55,724 nt of DNA from the IMG/VR virus record IMGVR_UViG_3300030328_002903, positions 1 to 55,724 of that record. The stretch is one strand, 5' to 3'. The notes beneath the pieces were generated by a model. That model was not told the origin of the DNA. It saw only the letters and a list, made by a program, of their open reading frames with translations, and did no database searches. The DNA is from a virus. Lineage: Duplodnaviria > Caudoviricetes. Made by a program: the position numbers and the translations under genes. Positions 54,359-55,724 of the stretch are shown here, piece by piece (the stretch's first letter is position 1; the number at the start of each line of letters is the position of its first letter).

Positions 54359-55219
54359 TTATCCAAATACCATTGCCATTGCGATTGCTTTTCCTGTTGT
54401 GGCTGCCCCATTTATTTCAGCAGCCGTGGCAGTTACAAGCGTACCACCCAATTTTAAACCAACACTACCATTATGACCAACAATATCAACATTTTTTGAA
54501 GAGTCTATAGATAGCATTGTATCCGTGCCAATAGCTGTACTTCCTACTTTAAACACATCACTAGCACCATCATCAACACCCATCGTGAATGTTTGAGTAC
54601 CGCTTAGGGCAAAAGATATGAAAGGATCACCATCCGTGGCTGTATTATTGACTATTAAACCCGTAGTGCCTCCTGCTCCTCCAAGTGTTAAACTTGTATC
54701 AGCTGCGTGTGTTAAACTAATATCACTATCGGCTCCAAAATTAAGAACCGCTCCATCTGATTGTAAACTTAAATCATCATCTACAAATAAATCTGGAACC
54801 GCTAAATCTTGAAATAAATCATAAACAGCAGCTCCCGATCCTTGACCGTCGGTGGCAATGGCTTTTATCTGACCCGCTAAAACAGCAACATTAGCTCCCG
54901 ATCCTTGACTAAAAGTCAAAGTATAACTAGTCGTGTTTTCAATAATCCAAACTTTAGATACGGTATTAGGAGCTAATGTGACCGTACAAGCTTGACCACC
55001 GCCCGTACATTTTAAAAACATACAACGGGCTTGGTCTGCCGTGGCATCCGCCATAGTTATTGTATGAGTAGAAGCGTTGGCTATTGCTTCACCTGTAGCA
55101 CTATAGGCAAGAGCTTCCCCTATCAACTCCAAGTTTGTGTTGGTTTTAGTGCCCCACGTACCCGAAGCCTCTCCGGTTCCTATCTCTTCTAACCTTAAAT
55201 TGTTTACATATGTACTCAT
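54359..55219 (-). CDS. tail fibre-like protein
   Basis: GTWG..TN.NL N-terminal anchor; C-terminal TTGKAIAMAMVFG. Confidence 0.7.
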   Translation of the reverse strand: MSTYVNNLRLEEIGTGEASGTWGTKTNTNLELIGEALAYSATGEAIANASTHTITMADATADQARCMFLKCTGGGQACTVTLAPNTVSKVWIIENTTSYTLTFSQGSGANVAVLAGQIKAIATDGQGSGAAVYDLFQDLAVPDLFVDDDLSLQSDGAVLNFGADSDISLTHAADTSLTLGGAGGTTGLIVNNTATDGDPFISFALSGTQTFTMGVDDGASDVFKVGSTAIGTDTMLSIDSSKNVDIVGHNGSVGLKLGGTLVTATAAEINGAATTGKAIAMAMVFG

Positions 55220-55229
55220 CTTTTATCCT

Positions 55230-55724
55230 TTATGCTGCTATATCTTCCCAAGTATTACCCGGATTAGGTGTTATATTATTCCAAGTATTACCCGGATTAG
55301 GTATAATATCTCCCCAAACTAACACATTTCCTACCGATGTACTAGCAGAAATTCCCTGTACAGATACATCTGTTCCAGTACTTACAGTAACGACTCCCTC
55401 GGAACCTGTAGCCGCTAAACCCGTGACAGAAGTACTTACTCCTGTTCCTTGGGCAACCGTGACAGTTCCAACGGAACCTGTACCCGCTAGGCCTGTAACA
55501 GAAACACTGAAATCATACTGAACCGTGACAGTTCCAACGGAACCTGTGCCCGCTAAACCCGTAACACTAACGGGTATACCAATAGATGAAGTAGCCGTTC
55601 CAACGGAACCTGTACCCGCTAAACCCGTAACAGAAGTACTTACTCCGGCTCCTTGGACAACAGTAACCGTTCCAACGGAACCTGTGCCCGCAAGACCCGT
55701 AACGGAAATACTGGCACTTTCCTG
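55230..55724 (-). CDS. 3' part of repeat-rich tail/virion protein begun at 253
   Basis: open frame from 55724 with 22/24-aa VTGLAGTGSVGT repeats, ends PNPGNTW..I.PNPGNTWEDIAA*. Confidence 0.8.
   Translation of the reverse strand, partial: QESASISVTGLAGTGSVGTVTVVQGAGVSTSVTGLAGTGSVGTATSSIGIPVSVTGLAGTGSVGTVTVQYDFSVSVTGLAGTGSVGTVTVAQGTGVSTSVTGLAATGSEGVVTVSTGTDVSVQGISASTSVGNVLVWGDIIPNPGNTWNNITPNPGNTWEDIAA

Overview
This window is essentially a complete, circularly permuted ~55.7 kb AT-rich dsDNA phage genome of podovirus type. Both window ends fall inside the same repeat-rich tail gene and join in register if 2 nt are added. Gene content (PolA, AEP-type primase, UvrD-like and SNF2 helicases, GroES-like co-chaperonin, GH108 endolysin, portal, TerL, major capsid protein, internal virion proteins, no RNA polymerase, no integrase) resembles marine alphaproteobacterial podoviruses of the HTVC023P/CRP-901-like type; this assignment is inference, as no search was run. 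Virion, lysis and packaging genes are on the minus strand (21.5 kb->1, wrapping to 55.7->40.2 kb). Early and replication genes are mostly on the plus strand (21.8->40.2 kb). The most notable items are: (1) a C5-DNA methyltransferase split over two fully nested reading frames, whose inner subunit carries seven tandem W-x-T-P modules plus motif IX, a candidate modular multispecific M.EcoHK31I-type enzyme; (2) four tandem GAAC-N7-GAAC alphaproteobacterial LexA-type boxes interleaved with GANTC sites at the early/late divergence point, plus further repeat and palindrome arrays; (3) a 1453-aa protein with an ADP-ribosyltransferase-like domain beside TerL; (4) an unannotated 46-aa ArfA-like ORF; (5) three tandem six-bladed propeller tail paralogues.
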